A DNA stretch of 64,000 bases, from positions 4,055-68,054 of the forward strand of contig JACPKP010000006.1 in NCBI GenBank assembly GCA_016186955.1, read 5' to 3'. Each line of letters begins with the position of its first letter. Position 1 is the stretch's first letter. Below, in pieces: positions 60,789 through 64,000 of the stretch. Below the pieces are notes generated by a model. It searched no databases and was not told where the DNA came from. It saw nothing but the letters and a program-made list of their open reading frames with translations. The translations under genes and the position numbers were made by a program. This DNA is from Candidatus Daviesbacteria bacterium (GTDB taxonomy: Bacteria; Patescibacteriota; Microgenomatia; Daviesbacterales; UBA10151).

Positions 60789-61352
60789 TCAATCGTTCCT
60801 TAAAAAAGCTTCTGTGGTAGCAATATTTTGCAGGATCGGCACACCTGCTTTTTGTTTTAGTGTGATGGAAATTTTAACCTTTGCTGCCGTGGTAGGGGGC
60901 ACTTCAGCTCCGCTGGCATCAAAATACTGAAACAATACATTATTTACATTAAAAGCCAGTATCTGGTCCGCAGCAGGCCTTTTGCTCACACTGTCCGGAA
61001 AAACTTTATATCTCAGTTTATCAATATCAAAATAATACAGCGCATAGTCATATGTATCCGGGATAAAGTTACCTGACGTATCCAGCGCCGGCAACTTCAG
61101 CGTTAAAACTTGGGCTGAAGTAGTGTATGTAGGCGAAGAAACAGGATATCCGGATGCTACACCACCCGAACCCTTAATACTGGCTTGTATGCTTGACAAA
61201 ACATTGTTGGCAGAAATCCCTTGGTCCACTTTTGAATTTTGCAGATAATAAAGACCGGTGTTTTGCACTATCAGCATAAAAGCATATACTCCTATTATTG
61301 CAATAATTGTGATAACAATTATTGTCTCAAGCAGTGTAAAACCTTTTTCCAC
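60789..61352 (-). CDS. type IV minor pilin
   Basis: KG|FTLLE. Confidence 0.9.
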   Translation of the reverse strand: MEKGFTLLETIIVITIIAIIGVYAFMLIVQNTGLYYLQNSKVDQGISANNVLSSIQASIKGSGGVASGYPVSSPTYTTSAQVLTLKLPALDTSGNFIPDTYDYALYYFDIDKLRYKVFPDSVSKRPAADQILAFNVNNVLFQYFDASGAEVPPTTAAKVKISITLKQKAGVPILQNIATTEAFLRND

Positions 61353-61353
61353 T

Positions 61354-61764
61354 TTAGTTTAACCCGTTCTCCGAGACCATAGTTTTTAAAGTTACCTTCT
61401 CATCCCGGCCGTTTTCCTGCCATGTTATGGTAACGGTAACTGCTTTAACCAATTCGCCTTGTGTACAAATTGCCGGGTCACAATCGCTAATTGACACCAC
61501 ACCGCTTCCGAAAGTAAGCAAACTCAACCTGCTGTCTGTTATTTGCTGATCACCATACGAAAGGTTGGGGTATTTTAGCTCCCTCTTTTCCTCAATCTGT
61601 TTTAAGGCAATCTCCCTGGCGGTGCTTAAATTACTGCTTTTACCAACCAGCCTGATTGAATTCGGCAGGCTGCCTATTAAAAACACTAAAAAACCTACAG
61701 TCACAACAACCAACAACAACTCAACCATACTGACACCCCGGTTATTTTTAAACTGATAGTTCAT
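61354..61764 (-). CDS. type IV minor pilin (PilV-like)
   Basis: RG|VSMVE; VTVTITW. Confidence 0.88.
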   Translation of the reverse strand: MNYQFKNNRGVSMVELLLVVVTVGFLVFLIGSLPNSIRLVGKSSNLSTAREIALKQIEEKRELKYPNLSYGDQQITDSRLSLLTFGSGVVSISDCDPAICTQGELVKAVTVTITWQENGRDEKVTLKTMVSENGLN

Positions 61765-62657
61765 TTTTTTATTTCACCGGTAGCGAAGATCGCATAATCA
61801 AAAAATAGGGGGATCATTTTGGCTTTATATACCTGAAGGGTTTTCTGGCTTTGGCCGGCTGTACCAATAGAAGTATAGATCGTAGCCTGAGGAGGCAGGG
61901 AACAATCACTGAATGGATCAGTAGTGCACCCCACACCAGGAATGATTGGCTGGACAGCTACCCTTTGGCTGTCATCAGCATAGAGGATACGCACCTTAAT
62001 GATCATTGGCGTCAGTGGCGACTGAGCTGAGAAATCAAAATTATACTTGCAAAGGAAAGACCTACTCGCGTCTGTTGTATTCAAGGAACTGGTGGTATTA
62101 ATCGGAGCAGGATTCGGGATAGCATCTGGCGCCTCACATCTGCTGAAACCATTTCCGCTTCTTGAAGAATCCGGGTCAACAAACTTTTTGACTGATTTGT
62201 ATATACCTGCACTATCCCTGTATATCAAGTTTATCTCTGCAGCAGGTACGGATGATGAGGCAGGGACGTTCCCAAAATAAACATCAACTTTGTTTTGTGT
62301 GTAATATGGGGCAAACGGCTGGTTGATATTGGCAAGCCAAAACTGGGCAACCTGATCTTTGCCGATGGGGGGGAATTCAAGCGCCTGTTTTGGCCTGGGC
62401 AAACTATCGGCAACTTTTACTTCTGCCTTTGACTGGTTCCCCAAGTCAAAACTCGGAATATTTAAAGGCAGGTCTCCTGCTTTTAAGGCTTTCTCAATCC
62501 CTGCCTCTGCCGCTGAAAAAGCCCTGGATGACTGCTCAGTTTGGGTTGATGTGGCAATATCAGTAATGGAACGCTGGGTAATGGTCAACCCGATGGCCAG
62601 CGCCACCAACATTGTTAAAAGTAAAACTATGACAATTTGCCCTTTTTTGTTTTTCAT
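61761..62657 (-). CDS. PilX-like minor pilin
   Basis: KG|QIV; RAFSAAEAGIE. Confidence 0.85.
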   Translation of the reverse strand: MKNKKGQIVIVLLLTMLVALAIGLTITQRSITDIATSTQTEQSSRAFSAAEAGIEKALKAGDLPLNIPSFDLGNQSKAEVKVADSLPRPKQALEFPPIGKDQVAQFWLANINQPFAPYYTQNKVDVYFGNVPASSSVPAAEINLIYRDSAGIYKSVKKFVDPDSSRSGNGFSRCEAPDAIPNPAPINTTSSLNTTDASRSFLCKYNFDFSAQSPLTPMIIKVRILYADDSQRVAVQPIIPGVGCTTDPFSDCSLPPQATIYTSIGTAGQSQKTLQVYKAKMIPLFFDYAIFATGEIKK

Positions 62658-62668
62658 ACCCGATACTT

Positions 62669-63271
62669 TCATTTTAGCTGGACTGTTGTCTTAAAATCAA
62701 TAACTCCTGATCCACCAAGCTGGTTTTCAAACCCGGAACCAGCTGATACTGATGGGCCAACCTGGAATTGTATGGTAATTGCATCCTTATTCTGCCCTGA
62801 TTGGGGGATACTACTAAAACTGCCGTTTTGCACAGATACCCCGGCAGGTGAGTCATCAGTCAATTTAACAGGCGCTGAGAAAGTAAAATAATCTGTAAAA
62901 TCCCCCTCCGAATCTGTGCAATAATCCTGAAGAGCTGTAGGAGCCTTGATTGAATTAATAGAATTCTTAAAGATATAGCCGTTGACACCCGGACCCGGGG
63001 GGGCAAAAGAGTATCTTGAGGCCTGCCCTTTAGTTAAAATAACAATTTTACCGGGGGTCCAGCAAACCAGGACATCGGCATCCCTGAGCGCCTGGGTTAT
63101 ATTGTTTAGGGCCACCTGGCCGTTTTGGACAACTTTGCTAATCAGCCTGGTTTTATCACTACCCTTAAAAGTCCGCAACAACAAGTCTGTTAAGATAAAA
63201 CCGATCACCCCGATTATTAAAACCGCTATCAGCGCCTCAATAAGGGCAAAGCCTTTGTTAGTTTTTTTCAT
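62669..63271 (-). CDS. type IV minor pilin (PilW-like)
   Basis: KG|FALIE. Confidence 0.88.
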   Translation of the reverse strand: MKKTNKGFALIEALIAVLIIGVIGFILTDLLLRTFKGSDKTRLISKVVQNGQVALNNITQALRDADVLVCWTPGKIVILTKGQASRYSFAPPGPGVNGYIFKNSINSIKAPTALQDYCTDSEGDFTDYFTFSAPVKLTDDSPAGVSVQNGSFSSIPQSGQNKDAITIQFQVGPSVSAGSGFENQLGGSGVIDFKTTVQLK

Positions 63272-63278
63272 TTTGGAA

Positions 63279-63803
63279 CTAAAATTCCGCCAGCACAGTA
63301 ACCAGGCGGGATTCATGCGTGCCAGTAGTATCTGTCCACTGGATCAAAACTGTAACTGTTTTCTGGCCTGGGACACCTGGGAGAGGAGCCTCACCGAGAA
63401 CAATTACCTGCCTTTTGAAATCCGTGCCTGAGATTGTCAGGGTTTCAGGCAGAACCTGGTAATTAAGCCATACTATGCTGGCAGGCGCGCCAGTGCAGGG
63501 TGTCCCTGAATCTTTCAAAATATACGTGCATGCGTTATTTACAGAAGGGCAACTTGTAGACCATAAATTACTCCACTGCAAGTTAGTGTCATAAGGCCCG
63601 CAGACTGCCAGGTTGCGCGACTTGATAGTCTTTACTTTTTCCATAGCCTCCTGCGCCAGCTTGGTAGCCTGGGTCTGGTTTCTGGAAAACTGGCTGTTCC
63701 GCAAGCCAATGATTGTAACTACTGTCAGGGCGGATAATACTACCGCCACCACCCCTGCAGTGACTGCAATTTCTAAAAGGGACTGTCCCTTTTGGTTGGT
63801 CAA
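63279..63803 (-). CDS. type IV minor pilin (PilV-like)
   Basis: KG|QSLLE; VTVLIQW. Confidence 0.88.
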   Translation of the reverse strand: MTNQKGQSLLEIAVTAGVVAVVLSALTVVTIIGLRNSQFSRNQTQATKLAQEAMEKVKTIKSRNLAVCGPYDTNLQWSNLWSTSCPSVNNACTYILKDSGTPCTGAPASIVWLNYQVLPETLTISGTDFKRQVIVLGEAPLPGVPGQKTVTVLIQWTDTTGTHESRLVTVLAEF

Positions 63804-64000
63804 TAGATTAATCCTCCTCTGTCAATATATACCTTTTGGGTCTTGTTATTTTTAGCATTTTTCAGTTCTACCCAGAAAGGGAAAAGTCCAGTGTAGGGTG
63901 CGCCCCGGCAAAGGAAATTGACTTGGGAGCCGGTAAATATGACATCATCCTGGTCAGTACCCGTCAATATCCCGCATTTATCCTCTGAAATGGTAACTTC
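63800..64000 (-). CDS. C-terminal part of a probable pilin, truncated by the window edge
   Basis: Open frame EVTISEDKCG...RGGLIY* overlapping the next start codon. Confidence 0.55.
   Translation of the reverse strand, partial: EVTISEDKCGILTGTDQDDVIFTGSQVNFLCRGAPYTGLFPFWVELKNAKNNKTQKVYIDRGGLIY

Overview
A 64-kb stretch of a low-GC bacterial chromosome whose gene content suggests a Patescibacteria/CPR organism, probably Microgenomates-like (inference from type IV pilus genes, an archaeal-type TyrRS, a short ThrRS and pervasive leaderless genes). Core blocks: thrS-infC-rpmI-rplT-pheS-pheT, a class A PBP, the atpBEFHAGD...C operon, tyrS, recG-rpmF-nusB-acp-rnc-rpsP-khpA-trmD-galK, and pilMNO plus minor pilins. 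Accessory DNA lies next to tRNA-Val(GAC) and tRNA-Tyr(GUA) and inside the atp operon. Highlights: (1) a minus-strand vWA / SAM-like / divergent adenylosuccinate-synthetase-like operon with a complete type III hammerhead ribozyme whose stem III covers the likely ribosome-binding site of the last gene; (2) a complete Thr T-box riboswitch separated from thrS by an intervening ORF; (3) families of palindromic elements inserted in frame in essential genes, including 13-bp inverted doublets at a fixed 36-bp spacing; (4) cargo cassettes bounded by duplicated gene 3' ends; (5) two genes each broken by one in-frame TGA at a Trp-like position; (6) a duplicated module of an NPF-repeat prepilin-like gene plus a Cys-rich surface protein. 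All calls come from reading the sequence by eye; no searches or folding programs were run.
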